Counted from the first letter of the stretch, positions 18,055 to 29,496 are shown. The stretch is 64,000 nucleotides of DNA from Candidatus Bilamarchaeum dharawalense (GCA_902386555.1 CABMJJ010000009.1:345870-409869); one strand, 5' to 3'. The notes: generated from the letters alone by a model not told the origin. Translations and numbers: made by a program.

Positions 18055-20493
18055 ATGACTGAAAATATAATTCTAAGGACAATCGAATCGGACATGAAGG
18101 AAAGTTATTTGGACTACGCCATGTCGGTGATAATAGGTAGAGCCATACCAGATGCCAGGGACGGACTCAAACCAGTTCACCGAAGAATTCTGTTCACCAT
18201 GCATGAACTGGGCAATGTTTATGGAAAACCATTCAAGAAAAGTGCTCGTGTGGTTGGTGATTGTTTAGGTAAATACCACCCCCACGGAGATATGGCCATC
18301 TATGATTCTTTGGTCAGAATGGCCCAACCATTTTCTCTTCGTTATACTTTGGTAGACGGCCAGGGAAACATGGGATCGGTGGATGGAGACAATGCAGCTG
18401 CCATGAGATACACTGAAGTGAGAATGGCAAAGATAACTGCAGAACTTCTTACGGATATTGAAAAGGAAACAGTGAAATATGGGGATAATTTCGATGGGAC
18501 CATGAGAGAACCATTGGTACTTCCATCAAAAATTCCAAATCTGCTTATCAATGGGTCTTCGGGAATTGCAGTCGGTATGGCAACCAATATGCCACCTCAT
18601 AATCTAAATGAGATTGTGGATGCTACCATGGCATTTATCGATGGGGCTCCTGAAGATGAGTTAATAAAAATGGTCCAGGGTCCGGATTTCCCAACTGGAG
18701 GAACCATAGTTGGCAGGTCAGGTATACTGGAAGCATACAAAACAGGAAGAGGAAGTATAAAACTCAGAGCAAAGGTAGAAAAAGACCTGAAAAAAAATAC
18801 CCTTATCATAAGAGAAATCCCCTACCAGCTTACAAAAACAGCGCTCATTGAAACGATTGTAGAGGCAGTTAGAGAGAAAAAGATTGACGGAATTAGCGGG
18901 GTTCATGATCGATCAGATAAGGACGGTATGGAAGTTATTCTTGATCTTAAGAAAAATGCAGATCCGGATATTGTACTAAATCAGCTTTATGCTCACACCC
19001 AGATGCAGACCAGCTTTGGCATCATTAATTTAGCTATTGTAAACAACCAGCCGAAGGTAATGGGCCTTCATACCATGCTAGATGTTTTCGTTGAATTTAG
19101 AAAAGAGATTGTAAGAAAAAGAAGCGAATTTGAACTCAGGGAAGCCCAGGCCAGAGCTCATGTGCTCGAAGGACTTAGAATTGCATTGCAGAACATTGAT
19201 CCAATTGTCGACTTTTTGAGAAAATCAAAAAACATGGAAGAGGCAAGGGCAGGTTTGATGAAGAACTACTCGCTTAGCGAGATCCAAGCCAATGCAGTTC
19301 TTGACATGAAAATTTCGCGTTTAATCTCCTTGGAAAGGGAAAAAATTGAGACGGAATACGGCGAATTAATGAAAAAGATATCCTGGCTTAAGGATGTCCT
19401 GGCTGATGTTAAAAAAATACTTGAAATTATCAAAAATGAGCTTAAGGAAATTAAAGAAAAATACGGGGATGAAAGAAGAACAGAAATTGTAGAAGGCGAA
19501 GATGAAGTGGATATCGAATCCCTTATTCCAAATGATGAAGTGGTGGTGGTCATAAGCAACCGGGGCTATGTAAAACGAGTGGGATTGCAGGAATATCGTG
19601 CTCAACATCGTGGTGGTAAGGGGGTTATTGGTTCGGAAACAAAAGAAGAGGACTTTGTTCAGGATGTTATCATAACCAAAAACCACAATTATTTGTTGCT
19701 GTTCACTGACAAGGGAAGAGGATTCTGGCTCAAGGCCTATAGAATACCAGAGGGAAGCAGATATGCAACTGGTAAAACACTGGTAAGCATGCTTGACCTG
19801 AAGGAAGAAAAAATAACTTCATGGATTAGTGTGGAGAACTTTGATAGTGGTGAATACCTATCCATGATAACCAAAAACGGGATCATCAAGAGAACTGCAC
19901 TTGATAATTTTAGCAACGTTAGAAAGGTCGGGATTATAGCAATTACTCTTAAGGAAAATGATAGACTGGTTGAAGTGGTTAAAACCGATGGAAAACAGGA
20001 CCTGCTTATTGCAACCAAAAAAGGCCAGTGTATTAGATTCAAAGAAGAGGAAGCAAGAGAGATTGGTAGAACCGGTCAGGGTGTAATTGGAATTAGACTC
20101 AAGGAAAATGAAGATGAGGTTGTTGGAATTGCAACCTGTAAGCGACCAACTGTAATGACGGTAACAGAGAACGGTTTTGGTAAGAGAACGCACATTGATG
20201 AATACCGAGTCCAGGGTCGTGGCGGAACTGGGGTAATTAACATAAAAACAGAAGGTAGAAATGGCGATGTTATTGGCATCAGAACTGTTGAAGATGATGA
20301 TGAGATTATTGTTATGAGTTCCCAGGGCCAGGCAATCCGGACACCTGTGAATGGTATTTCGGTTATAGGAAGAAATACCCAGGGGGTAACAATAATAAAA
20401 CTAGACAAAGGGGAGAAGGTTGCGAGTTTTGCAGTTGTCCGAGGAGCTATTGAACAACCTAAACCTCCAACTGACCAGCCACCTTCACAATAA
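18055..20493 (+). CDS. gyrA: DNA gyrase subunit A
   Basis: Active-site region with catalytic Tyr ([11 protein letters not shown]), the GyrA-box-like QGRGGKG motif and C-terminal beta-pinwheel repeats. 812 aa. Confidence 0.95.
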   Translation: MTENIILRTIESDMKESYLDYAMSVIIGRAIPDARDGLKPVHRRILFTMHELGNVYGKPFKKSARVVGDCLGKYHPHGDMAIYDSLVRMAQPFSLRYTLVDGQGNMGSVDGDNAAAMRYTEVRMAKITAELLTDIEKETVKYGDNFDGTMREPLVLPSKIPNLLINGSSGIAVGMATNMPPHNLNEIVDATMAFIDGAPEDELIKMVQGPDFPTGGTIVGRSGILEAYKTGRGSIKLRAKVEKDLKKNTLIIREIPYQLTKTALIETIVEAVREKKIDGISGVHDRSDKDGMEVILDLKKNADPDIVLNQLYAHTQMQTSFGIINLAIVNNQPKVMGLHTMLDVFVEFRKEIVRKRSEFELREAQARAHVLEGLRIALQNIDPIVDFLRKSKNMEEARAGLMKNYSLSEIQANAVLDMKISRLISLEREKIETEYGELMKKISWLKDVLADVKKILEIIKNELKEIKEKYGDERRTEIVEGEDEVDIESLIPNDEVVVVISNRGYVKRVGLQEYRAQHRGGKGVIGSETKEEDFVQDVIITKNHNYLLLFTDKGRGFWLKAYRIPEGSRYATGKTLVSMLDLKEEKITSWISVENFDSGEYLSMITKNGIIKRTALDNFSNVRKVGIIAITLKENDRLVEVVKTDGKQDLLIATKKGQCIRFKEEEAREIGRTGQGVIGIRLKENEDEVVGIATCKRPTVMTVTENGFGKRTHIDEYRVQGRGGTGVINIKTEGRNGDVIGIRTVEDDDEIIVMSSQGQAIRTPVNGISVIGRNTQGVTIIKLDKGEKVASFAVVRGAIEQPKPPTDQPPSQ

Positions 20494-20953
20494 ATTTTAG
20501 TAATTCTTTTTTTGTTTTTGGATTCTTATTCCATTTTTTGACTAGTTCTTTGTGCTCAGACAGCTCCTGAACCAGTTGATCTGATTTTATATCGGGCCCA
20601 TTTAGCCGAGATAATATTTGAGAGGCTAATGGACAAAATCGGGTGTTGAGTTTACCTTGAACATTAAATGGATAGCGTCTGCAAGAAAGAGGGGCAAATT
20701 TGTGTATTTTGCATTGGTTCTTGGTGTTTAAAAAAACGCAGGGATGGGATTTCAGACCAAGAAGATAATAACCATAGTCGTCAGTGGTATCGAAAACATT
20801 GTCAGGATCATAGCTCAAGAGTCGTGGTTCGATAAGTGCAATAATGTTTTTTTCTTTGGATTTTTTTAGTATTCTAGCAAGATCGAAGAGGGTAATTGTT
20901 ATGGTATAGGTTCTGCAGCAGTCTGCTCTGCAAAAAATGCATGGATTTGGCAT
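20459..20953 (-). CDS. YkgJ-family putative zinc/iron-chelating (CxxCxxCC) domain protein
   Basis: N-terminal CIFCRADCC motif with further conserved Cys. 164 aa. Its 3' end overlaps the gyrA 3' end (convergent). Confidence 0.55.
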   Translation of the reverse strand: MPNPCIFCRADCCRTYTITITLFDLARILKKSKEKNIIALIEPRLLSYDPDNVFDTTDDYGYYLLGLKSHPCVFLNTKNQCKIHKFAPLSCRRYPFNVQGKLNTRFCPLASQILSRLNGPDIKSDQLVQELSEHKELVKKWNKNPKTKKELLKFIVKVAGQLEV

Positions 20954-21007
20954 GAGAGTTGTTTGGAGATTGGATTTTTAAAGAATATAGAAGAATAGAA
21001 ACCAGGC

Positions 21008-22216
21008 ATGACCAGTAGTTTAGAAACCCATGAAATGTGGCTAATTGCTAGGCATCACCCAGACGAATCCACACGAATAGAAGCTGGCCTTAGAATTATA
21101 AAAAGTCTAAATGACAACGAATTAATTCAAGCAATACATGACAGGGAATTACCATTCCAGATAAGGCTGGCTGCCACCAAATACACTGTAAGAAGATGGA
21201 TAGACCAGGAAGAATACCAAAAATTAGAAATCCTATTTGCTGGTTTGACAGAGGATATGCTTGCACACATCGTAAAAAGCGGATTACGAGATCTTGCACT
21301 TGTTGATGGCCATCTTATGCTGATAGGACAGTTCAATCAAATAGATGGTAGTGATCTTGATGTTCTTACAAGAATATCTAGAATAGTAATCTACCATGAA
21401 GATAAGGGATATCGTGCAATGGCAACAAAAAGACTGATAAGAGCCTGTGAGGATATTGCAAATTTTTCTGAAGAAGTAGTCAGGTTTCTTATTAATCTGG
21501 CAGAGGATGAAAGATTTTCCATTGATTTGAGAGTAGCTGCTGGAAATGCAGCTGTGGGATGGTTTGTGGATGAAGGGGGAAAGAACACTGAACTGGTGGC
21601 TCTTGGCAACAATCCAAGAGTACTTGGTGTTATCCAGGAACAGGCAGGAGATAGAAGAAATCATGAAACTGCGGATATGAACTACCTTGCACACATAGAC
21701 TTTATGTTAGATAGAGAACAGCTAACACCGGAAGAAGCGGGGTTTATGTATTTGGAATTTGCAGAAAGACAAACAACAACAGAAAAAGGCAACAGGGAAG
21801 CAACAAAGCGGTTTGATCATCTACGATCATGGGTAAGGGAAAAGGCAATACGAGATTTGGAACAGGAAAGAGCGGCCCAGGCGATAATGGAAGAAAGCAC
21901 AGTAAAACAGGACGAAGTATCTTCCATGACCAGGATATTAACAGAATATGTGCGATGTTGTGTTGGTCGCAATAGAGATATTGCCAAGTTTTTCCGTGCC
22001 TTGGGAGACGAGAGAGTCCCAGGAGAACTCAGGGAAAAAGCCAAAGAGATTGCACGCAGAACTGCCATTGCTGCTGCGGAAAGATATGGACTGGGACTTA
22101 TTAGTGGGCAACCCGTAGGAGAACTGGGCATTAGATTGGAGAGAATAGCAAGACCGAGTGAAGGAGAAAATAGAAATTCAAGATTAAGAAGAATACCGCC
22201 GGCAGGTCATGCATAG
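21008..22216 (+). CDS. Hypothetical protein (402 aa), alpha-helical, rich in Arg/Ala/Glu, with locally elevated GC
   Basis: Long ORF with no recognisable motif. Its composition is visibly GC-richer than neighbouring genes. Convergent 10-bp overlap with gatE. Confidence 0.4.
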   Translation: MTSSLETHEMWLIARHHPDESTRIEAGLRIIKSLNDNELIQAIHDRELPFQIRLAATKYTVRRWIDQEEYQKLEILFAGLTEDMLAHIVKSGLRDLALVDGHLMLIGQFNQIDGSDLDVLTRISRIVIYHEDKGYRAMATKRLIRACEDIANFSEEVVRFLINLAEDERFSIDLRVAAGNAAVGWFVDEGGKNTELVALGNNPRVLGVIQEQAGDRRNHETADMNYLAHIDFMLDREQLTPEEAGFMYLEFAERQTTTEKGNREATKRFDHLRSWVREKAIRDLEQERAAQAIMEESTVKQDEVSSMTRILTEYVRCCVGRNRDIAKFFRALGDERVPGELREKAKEIARRTAIAAAERYGLGLISGQPVGELGIRLERIARPSEGENRNSRLRRIPPAGHA

Positions 22217-23994
22217 CTGGAATCGCGTTTTTTGATTATCCTATCAACTTCGGCAGCATCCACCTGCAATCTGCATTTTTGCATTATTGTTTTCATGTCA
22301 TAGTTGTGCTCTGCCACTAGTTTTTCAAGAGCAGGACCAGTGATTTTTTGCAAACGGAAAACTTTTAGTACCGCTTCCACCCTGGCACCCTTGGCCATCC
22401 CCTTCAAAACATCTGGTATGGCAGCCTTAACAAAACTGTCTTTTTTATATTCGGCAAACATTTCAGTGAGGGTTTTTTCAAGATCAGTGAATTCAAACTC
22501 TTCTCTTCTCAAGGAAACAATGGTGTCCTCCAGTGTGGTGGCAACAAGCATTGGATCAGCGCCTTCCGAAACAAGCTTATCAAAAAGATGAAGATTTCGT
22601 GATTTTATCATTCTCCCTGCCATTTCCTTATTGAGAAGTTTTTCCAGACGAGATTTTTTCTCATCAAGAGATTCGCTCTTTTCAATTGAACTTAGAAGAT
22701 CTTTAGTAATTGGAATAGGAGGAACATCTGTTTCTGGATAGAGTCTTGCCCGACCGGGTAGCGGTCGCATGTAGGTAGAACTGCCATCTGGATTTGCTCT
22801 ACGCGTCTCTTCTGGAACATAATTCATATTGGCCCGTTCGATGGCATGGTGCATTGCCCGTTCTGCCTGAGTCTGTGGAGCGATAATAAGTACAAACGCA
22901 TCATCTTTTTCCATTTCCAGGAATTTTCTTATCCTGTCCTCTTCCTCACCTGAGATATAGTACTTGGCCATATCCTCATCGCTATGAATTATACCCTTAA
23001 CTCCTGCTCGCTTAGCATATTCACTAAGTTCTGATCCATATCTTTTTCCTTTTTGAATTTCAGTACCAAGAATACCTTTGTGGCCAGGGAATTTTTGAGC
23101 AAGAATGATACTGCCAGTTCTAATGCCCTGAGATAGTAAATTGGCATGGGTGTTCTTGAAAACAACAGTCACATCCTGTGCATTGAATTGAATGGGAATC
23201 GCTTTACGATTGCGCAGTTCTGCAAGAATTTTTATTAATTCGGTTTGACGGTGCACTTCATTTTCAACATAGGTGGCAAGCATTTTCAGATCCTGTGCTC
23301 CTTTTATTTCCACCCTGGCACCGCCCTCTGTTGAGATATTAACATCCTGACGGATTGTCCCCAGACCACGAGCAACCTTGGCAGTGGTACGAAGAATCAT
23401 ACCGATTTTTTCAGCAACTTCAGTAAGATGAGCTCCATCTTTGATATCAGGAGTGGTGTTAATTTCGATAAGTGGAACGCCAAGACGATCAAGTCTATAG
23501 GTTGCCTTTGACTCAGAATTGGAAACAATACCTGCGCTCTCTTCTTCCAGAGCAATAAGCGGGATGCCAATGGTACCCTTTGAACTGTCAAGATGGCCAT
23601 TCATTGCAATTATGGATGTTCGCTGAAAGCCAGAGGTATTGCTACCGTCAATAACCATTTTCCGCATAATGTGTACTTCATCAACTATGGTTGCATGAAA
23701 TTGAAGTGCAATTTGAAGAACAATTTTGAGTGCTTCGTCATTGAGCATATGGGGTGGCTCTTCATCAGTTTCCACAAGGCAATTGTTGGAATTGAAAACC
23801 TGATATTCGAACACCCGGTCCTTGGATGATTCAACTTGGGATGCTGCATCAATTTCGCCCAATTCGCTAAGAACCGGATGAAGTCTGCGTTGAACAGTAA
23901 TTTTCGGAATCTCATCTTCAGAAATATCTGAAGTGCAATCGCAGAATAGTTTTTTAGTGTCAAGGCGTTGATGAATCTCAATTCCAATCTTCAT
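22207..23994 (-). CDS. gatE: Glutamyl-tRNA(Gln) amidotransferase subunit E
   Basis: N-terminal MKIGIEIHQRLDTKKLFCDC, typical of GatE/GatB. Size 595 aa. Directly downstream of gatD. Confidence 0.85.
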   Translation of the reverse strand: MKIGIEIHQRLDTKKLFCDCTSDISEDEIPKITVQRRLHPVLSELGEIDAASQVESSKDRVFEYQVFNSNNCLVETDEEPPHMLNDEALKIVLQIALQFHATIVDEVHIMRKMVIDGSNTSGFQRTSIIAMNGHLDSSKGTIGIPLIALEEESAGIVSNSESKATYRLDRLGVPLIEINTTPDIKDGAHLTEVAEKIGMILRTTAKVARGLGTIRQDVNISTEGGARVEIKGAQDLKMLATYVENEVHRQTELIKILAELRNRKAIPIQFNAQDVTVVFKNTHANLLSQGIRTGSIILAQKFPGHKGILGTEIQKGKRYGSELSEYAKRAGVKGIIHSDEDMAKYYISGEEEDRIRKFLEMEKDDAFVLIIAPQTQAERAMHHAIERANMNYVPEETRRANPDGSSTYMRPLPGRARLYPETDVPPIPITKDLLSSIEKSESLDEKKSRLEKLLNKEMAGRMIKSRNLHLFDKLVSEGADPMLVATTLEDTIVSLRREEFEFTDLEKTLTEMFAEYKKDSFVKAAIPDVLKGMAKGARVEAVLKVFRLQKITGPALEKLVAEHNYDMKTIMQKCRLQVDAAEVDRIIKKRDSSYA

Positions 23995-24020
23995 GCAGAA
24001 TCACCTAAGGAATTTTTTCA

Positions 24021-25328
24021 TTAATATCCCTCAAGATTTGAACGGGTGCTGATTTCACCGGCAATGTTGGTCATCATTAGTTTCTTCACTTCTTTCATAT
24101 CCTTTGTTTGTCCAAGCACCCAGCAAAGTTTGGTATATGCAGTTTCCGGAGTCCAATCTGCCCCGTCACCGATAACGCCTGCTTCCATAAGCAGCCTACC
24201 GGTGGTGTAAACACGCATACATATCCTACCGGAGATACATTGTGAACTCATGACAACAGGAATGCCGGACTGAACAAGTTCTTCGATTGGTTTCAAAACA
24301 CTGTTAACTGATTTGTCATTGAAAGCATTGGCAGCAACATGCCCAAGACCAGTCCCGATTAGAACCACTCCGTCGTAATCGCTGAGTTTTCTAAAAAATT
24401 CGGGTTTCATATTAGGATGGGAATAGATAAGTGCCACATTATCGTTGATGGATTTTTTTGCAATCAGACCATGATTATTACGTGGCATAAAATCAGATAA
24501 TTTGTCGAATTTTTTTGTGCGGTAATCCACTGCAAAAAGAGGGGATGAATCAATGGAACGGAAAGCATCTCTTGAGGAGGTGTGCATCTTTCTTACCCGG
24601 TTGCCGCGATGAAGATAACAAAAATCATCATTGGTACTGGCATGCATACAAACAGTTACTTCACCCAGGTCCTGGGATGCGGCAAAAACCGAGTTAAGCA
24701 TGTTCATCTCGTTTTCGCTGGAAGGTCGATCAGAACTGCGCTGAGAACCAACAAAAACAACTGGAACCGGAAGTTGTTGAAGCATGAAGCCTAATACTGA
24801 AGAGGTATAGGTCATGGTATCGGTTCCATGCATAACAACCACACCTTCGCTTCCATCTTTGATTTCTGCTTCAACAGAATCAGCAAGCAACTTCCAGTGA
24901 TGGGAATTCATATCTTCGGATAAGAGGGAGAAAATTTGTTTGGAATGTATGGACCAGTTTTTGAGTGCAGGAAATATCATCCTTAGCTCTTTTGGACTTA
25001 TGGAGGGAAAGACTGCACCAGTTTTATATTCTATTTTGGATGCAATGGTACCACCACAGCCAAGAATAGCAATACCTTCTTTGGATTCTGAATCCCCCCC
25101 ATCATTTGATTTTTTTAACTCGGCTTTGGCAACAAGTTCTATGGATTCTGGTTTTAGACCAGTGTTATAACCACTATCTAGTTTTAGAACAATAAGATTG
25201 GGATCGCCTGATGATGGTCTGGGCATTAGCAACCCCTCGAATTCGCCAGTGACTGTACGAACCCGAATCCGATCACCAATGCTGATCTTTTTCTCGTTGA
25301 TTTCTTTGGTTATTTTTGATGAATACAT
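24021..25328 (-). CDS. gatD: Glutamyl-tRNA(Gln) amidotransferase subunit D (asparaginase-like)
   Basis: Asparaginase threonine motif ILGCGGTIAS. 435 aa. Paired with gatE. Confidence 0.85.
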   Translation of the reverse strand: MYSSKITKEINEKKISIGDRIRVRTVTGEFEGLLMPRPSSGDPNLIVLKLDSGYNTGLKPESIELVAKAELKKSNDGGDSESKEGIAILGCGGTIASKIEYKTGAVFPSISPKELRMIFPALKNWSIHSKQIFSLLSEDMNSHHWKLLADSVEAEIKDGSEGVVVMHGTDTMTYTSSVLGFMLQQLPVPVVFVGSQRSSDRPSSENEMNMLNSVFAASQDLGEVTVCMHASTNDDFCYLHRGNRVRKMHTSSRDAFRSIDSSPLFAVDYRTKKFDKLSDFMPRNNHGLIAKKSINDNVALIYSHPNMKPEFFRKLSDYDGVVLIGTGLGHVAANAFNDKSVNSVLKPIEELVQSGIPVVMSSQCISGRICMRVYTTGRLLMEAGVIGDGADWTPETAYTKLCWVLGQTKDMKEVKKLMMTNIAGEISTRSNLEGY

Positions 25329-25333
25329 AAAAC

Positions 25334-28300
25334 CTACTCTTCTATTTTGAAAATTCTTACTGCACCATCGGGTGATGTGTAAACCAGCTTGAACCCGGGA
25401 ATATTACCAAGGAACATTGCGTGATAGAGGTTAGAATCGTAAAATTTGCCTTTTCGGTCTTCATACCCGGATTTCACAACACCATTATCAAGCCAGATGG
25501 GATCGTTGGTGTAGATGAGCGTAGCCTGGGTTACTGTTCCAAGATGGATTGTTGGTAGTTGGGCAGGTAATGCAAGCTGGGCCTTGTTTAGTTTAAGATC
25601 GCCATTGGGATAGGTCTCGTTTAGATAGAATGTGGTTGGAGTTTTTTGTCCATTTACCAATGTGGTTTCACCAACACAGTAGGTTGGAACTACCTGGTAG
25701 ACCATTCTACACTGATCTGCGATTTGTGAGTTTGCTGGTTGCATACAATCAGAAGGATAGTAGGGTAGAGTAATATCGCCCACTTTCAACTTATAGGCAG
25801 TCAGACCGGTTTTGTTTGTAAGTGAGGAGATGGTACAGGGAATTTGCGAAACGAATATGGTTTCCCAAAGATGCTCGGCTTCGCAGACCGATTCTCCTGG
25901 TTGTTTAAGAACAGTGGTTTCGTTATCTCTGGCGCAGGAAAGATAATTTAATGCGCCATACTTACCCCCAAGAGAATTGCCACCTGAGATGAGTTCCACA
26001 TCAAAAAGTGCATATTTGCTGTCATGGGCAATCATCCAGTCTTTTAGTTGCTGGGGAGTAGCATCAAGATAACCATGGGCAACATCACCAATCATTTTAT
26101 GAGAAGCATGCTCATTTCTTACAACAGCATTCCTTTCTCCAAAAAAGTTTATCCAGTGGCCATAGTACCACCAGGAGACTATTCTGGCACCTGGTTCAGT
26201 ATTATTTTTTATCCATTCCATTGAGTTGATCCAATAGTCACTTAGTCTGGTGCAACGAAGATAGGTGGCCTGAGGTTCCCAAAACGGTGCTGTGCTTGGG
26301 CTTTGCAGATAGGTTGGATTGGAAAACATGGAAAGCATGCATAATTTTTGATCATATTGGAAATTCGTACCCTGACTCGCATAGCCCATCGGATCCTTGG
26401 CTGCGGCACAAACATCTCCGTCATTGGTAACAGAACAAAGAACAGAAAATTTAGCTGCCAATGCATCTGGATTATTCTGGAATGTTGTTTGAAGAGAGCC
26501 CCAAAGAAGAGAAGGAGCAAGACCCATGTGAGCAAATTGAAGTATTACAAATAACGCCCCGATTATCAGTACAAACGATTGGGGGAATTTTTTTACTACC
26601 CCGTGATGCTTCGGGTCCTCAAATACTTTCCCCACCTGCCCAAGGGTTACTCCTATTGCAATGGCAAAGAGAACAGCTGCGTAGATTGTATATTTTGCTT
26701 TGAGCAAACCAACAACAAATGGTGGAAGAATGATGGCAAGGAAAAACAAGAATAGCCCGTCATCTTCTTTTTTAATAAATCTAAAAAGTGCATAAACAAT
26801 GGAAAGTAGATAGAGGAAGAACCAGAATAGGAGGAGACTGACATCCTTATCATTATAGGAAATACCAGTGTTAAGTGTAAGGTTCACTGCAGAAACAAAA
26901 AGATAGAGCACGAGATTTGAGATTAAAGAGAATGGAATGAGAATGAGGAACGCAAGTGCATTGAAAAAGTTGGGTATACTATCCAATGTTTTTGGAAATG
27001 AGTACTCCTGAGCGATAAAACCAATTTGACCGCCAAACGCTGTTGGAGCAACGCCCTGTTCGGCAATTGTTCTATCAAGAGGGGCATTGTACTGGGCTAT
27101 TTGAAACGTTGCACGCCCAACTTCTTTTATATGTTCACCAAATGGAGAAACATAAACCACCAATCCAAGAATAAGAATTGCGCCTAGTGCAACGATCTGT
27201 TGTTCTTTGGGTAGCTTTTGTTTAACAAGATAAAGAACTCCGGAAAAAAGGATGGGTATGGCAAACGTCAAGGCGTTGCTAAGAGAAATTGTTCCGACTT
27301 CGAAAAGGGATTTCACTATTGCCGAACCAATGAATACACCAAGAACGAAGATAATTCCATTAACAGTTAGCAGATGTTTGAGCCCTTCGTGATCATCATC
27401 TCTCAGGAAGAAGAGGATGGATTGAGCGATGGTGAATAAAAGAACCCCAACCAATGCAAGTACCTGGGAGCTGCTGCCAAGACCCAATGCGATCCAGGCT
27501 AGGCTTGCAAGAATGGGAAATATTATTTCCTTACGCCGAAGCGAGATCACATACATTGCATAGAAAAAGAATAGAGCAAAAAAAGCATAGGGCTGAACTT
27601 CCTGCTCGCCTGAAGCCAATTTATATATGAAAATCGGTATGAAAGTTGCGAGTCCAGCAGTAATTAAACCAAATTCTCTCTTTGTTACTGCTGAAACGAG
27701 TAGATAGATGAAGAAAACAGCTAGAACTGCGGCTATTGGTGGATACATGGATGCGATAACAGACAACAGCATATTGTCATAGGCACCACCACCAGTGTAA
27801 AGAGTGTACCAGGTTGATTCAAGATAGGATATGGCTGGGATATCCCTGTGGCTAACAGTGACTTCCGGGTACCAGGCAGTGGTATCATTGAACGGATTTT
27901 CACCAACGGTAAGTAGTTGGGTTGACATGTAGGTATAATAATAGGGGTCCAGTTCCATGAAAATTGGACCGTAGGACCCGATTCTGACCAAATAGGTAAT
28001 TACAAGTATCACCAGAAGTGCGATGGAGATCAAATGTTCCGTTGACACTTCAAATAAATTCCCTTTTTCAGGTTTCAGAATAGTAAGGTCCGGGAATGTT
28101 ATATTCTCATAAACTTTATTTTTAACAAAAAATGCAAATGCCATCAGATAGAGAAGTCCGACTGCGAATAGTGCAATGGTATAGGAATATTTTATTCCTA
28201 AAAATAAATATAGTAGAAATGGTATCAATGGCAGTAAAACAAAACCAAGAGCAAAACCGATGAATAATTTTTCTATAAAATTAAATTCATCCTTGCGGAA

Positions 28301-28399
28301 AATTGAGAAGGACAAGATTGCCCCAGGTAAAAAAGAAGAAACAAATAACCATCCTAGAAATACCAGTAGATCAAAAGATAGAAACACAAATTTCACCAA
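25334..28399 (-). CDS. aglB: Oligosaccharyltransferase AglB/STT3 homolog with a variant WWYYG motif
   Basis: 13-TM N-terminal domain with an EL1 ELDPYYY (EFDPYFNY-like) motif. C-terminal domain has SWWYYGHWI where WWDYG is expected. 1021 aa. Confidence 0.7.
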   Translation of the reverse strand: MVKFVFLSFDLLVFLGWLFVSSFLPGAILSFSIFRKDEFNFIEKLFIGFALGFVLLPLIPFLLYLFLGIKYSYTIALFAVGLLYLMAFAFFVKNKVYENITFPDLTILKPEKGNLFEVSTEHLISIALLVILVITYLVRIGSYGPIFMELDPYYYTYMSTQLLTVGENPFNDTTAWYPEVTVSHRDIPAISYLESTWYTLYTGGGAYDNMLLSVIASMYPPIAAVLAVFFIYLLVSAVTKREFGLITAGLATFIPIFIYKLASGEQEVQPYAFFALFFFYAMYVISLRRKEIIFPILASLAWIALGLGSSSQVLALVGVLLFTIAQSILFFLRDDDHEGLKHLLTVNGIIFVLGVFIGSAIVKSLFEVGTISLSNALTFAIPILFSGVLYLVKQKLPKEQQIVALGAILILGLVVYVSPFGEHIKEVGRATFQIAQYNAPLDRTIAEQGVAPTAFGGQIGFIAQEYSFPKTLDSIPNFFNALAFLILIPFSLISNLVLYLFVSAVNLTLNTGISYNDKDVSLLLFWFFLYLLSIVYALFRFIKKEDDGLFLFFLAIILPPFVVGLLKAKYTIYAAVLFAIAIGVTLGQVGKVFEDPKHHGVVKKFPQSFVLIIGALFVILQFAHMGLAPSLLWGSLQTTFQNNPDALAAKFSVLCSVTNDGDVCAAAKDPMGYASQGTNFQYDQKLCMLSMFSNPTYLQSPSTAPFWEPQATYLRCTRLSDYWINSMEWIKNNTEPGARIVSWWYYGHWINFFGERNAVVRNEHASHKMIGDVAHGYLDATPQQLKDWMIAHDSKYALFDVELISGGNSLGGKYGALNYLSCARDNETTVLKQPGESVCEAEHLWETIFVSQIPCTISSLTNKTGLTAYKLKVGDITLPYYPSDCMQPANSQIADQCRMVYQVVPTYCVGETTLVNGQKTPTTFYLNETYPNGDLKLNKAQLALPAQLPTIHLGTVTQATLIYTNDPIWLDNGVVKSGYEDRKGKFYDSNLYHAMFLGNIPGFKLVYTSPDGAVRIFKIEE

Positions 28400-28401
28400 A
28401 T

Positions 28402-29496
28402 TTAAAGATATTCAAGCTCGTCGCTACTTCTCCCAAATCCTGATGAACCTTCATCGGAATGTTCAGGCCCCTTACCCAAAATGTATGGTGATTTGACACC
28501 AGTTATTATGGCAGTCACGCTGATTGCGTCTCTTTGAGTTGGACTGATACGTGCACCGATTTTTATGTTGGCACTTTCATCAAAACTTTTTGTGACCAAT
28601 TCTCCTGCTTTGATCGCATCACCCAAAGTAAGATCAGGACCGCCTTCAATGTGCAATAAACAACCTTTTGCACCCTCATAGTTTACATCAAGTAGTGGGT
28701 GTTCCAATGTGTCCTTGGCAACATCTTCGATCTTTGTATGTCCAGAACCATGGCCAAGAGAGATCATTGAAAGGCCGCCGTTTTCCATAACAGTTTTTAC
28801 ATCGGCATAGTCCACATTCATAAGACTTGGGAATATGATGGTGTCAGAAATACCAGTCACTGCTCGTGTAGTTATTGAATCTGCAAGCTCAAATGCCTTG
28901 TTAATTGGAAGATTTGGAGCGTAGGCTGCAAGACGATTGTTGTCAATTACAACCACCGTATCACAAACTTTTACCAGTTCTTGTAAGGAGTGTTGTGCTT
29001 TCTTTATTCTAACTCTTTCTAGAGCAAATGGATAGGTAACCATTGCAACTACTATTGCACCCTGTTCTTTTGCAATCTGTGCGATCACAGGTGCGGCACC
29101 TCCACCAGTACCACCACCCATACCAGCGCAGAGGAAAACTAATTCGTTTTCACCGATTTCTTTTTTCAGAAGATCGCGATCTGCATCTGCACATTTTTTT
29201 GCAATCGCGATATCACCGCCAGCACCAAGACCGCGTGTAATGGTTTTTCCAATAAGTATTTTTTTGTGTGCCCCTATCATGTTCAAATGCTTACCGTCAG
29301 TATTAATGGCAATTGTTTTGGCACTTTTGATATCCCCATTATAAATTCTGTTTACGCAGTTGCAACCTGCACCACCCACACCTAAGACTGCAATCCTAAC
29401 TTGAGATGGTTCGCTGTCTTCCTTGGTTGGAGCTGTTGGCTGCGGGTTTCCTTCTTTTGCAGCTTTAATTATGTCATCGAACATTAGATCGACCAC
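28402..29496 (-). CDS. ftsZ: Cell division GTPase FtsZ
   Basis: Tubulin signature AGMGGGTGGGAAP and GVGGAGCN nucleotide-binding motifs. 364 aa. Confidence 0.9.
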   Translation of the reverse strand: MVDLMFDDIIKAAKEGNPQPTAPTKEDSEPSQVRIAVLGVGGAGCNCVNRIYNGDIKSAKTIAINTDGKHLNMIGAHKKILIGKTITRGLGAGGDIAIAKKCADADRDLLKKEIGENELVFLCAGMGGGTGGGAAPVIAQIAKEQGAIVVAMVTYPFALERVRIKKAQHSLQELVKVCDTVVVIDNNRLAAYAPNLPINKAFELADSITTRAVTGISDTIIFPSLMNVDYADVKTVMENGGLSMISLGHGSGHTKIEDVAKDTLEHPLLDVNYEGAKGCLLHIEGGPDLTLGDAIKAGELVTKSFDESANIKIGARISPTQRDAISVTAIITGVKSPYILGKGPEHSDEGSSGFGRSSDELEYL

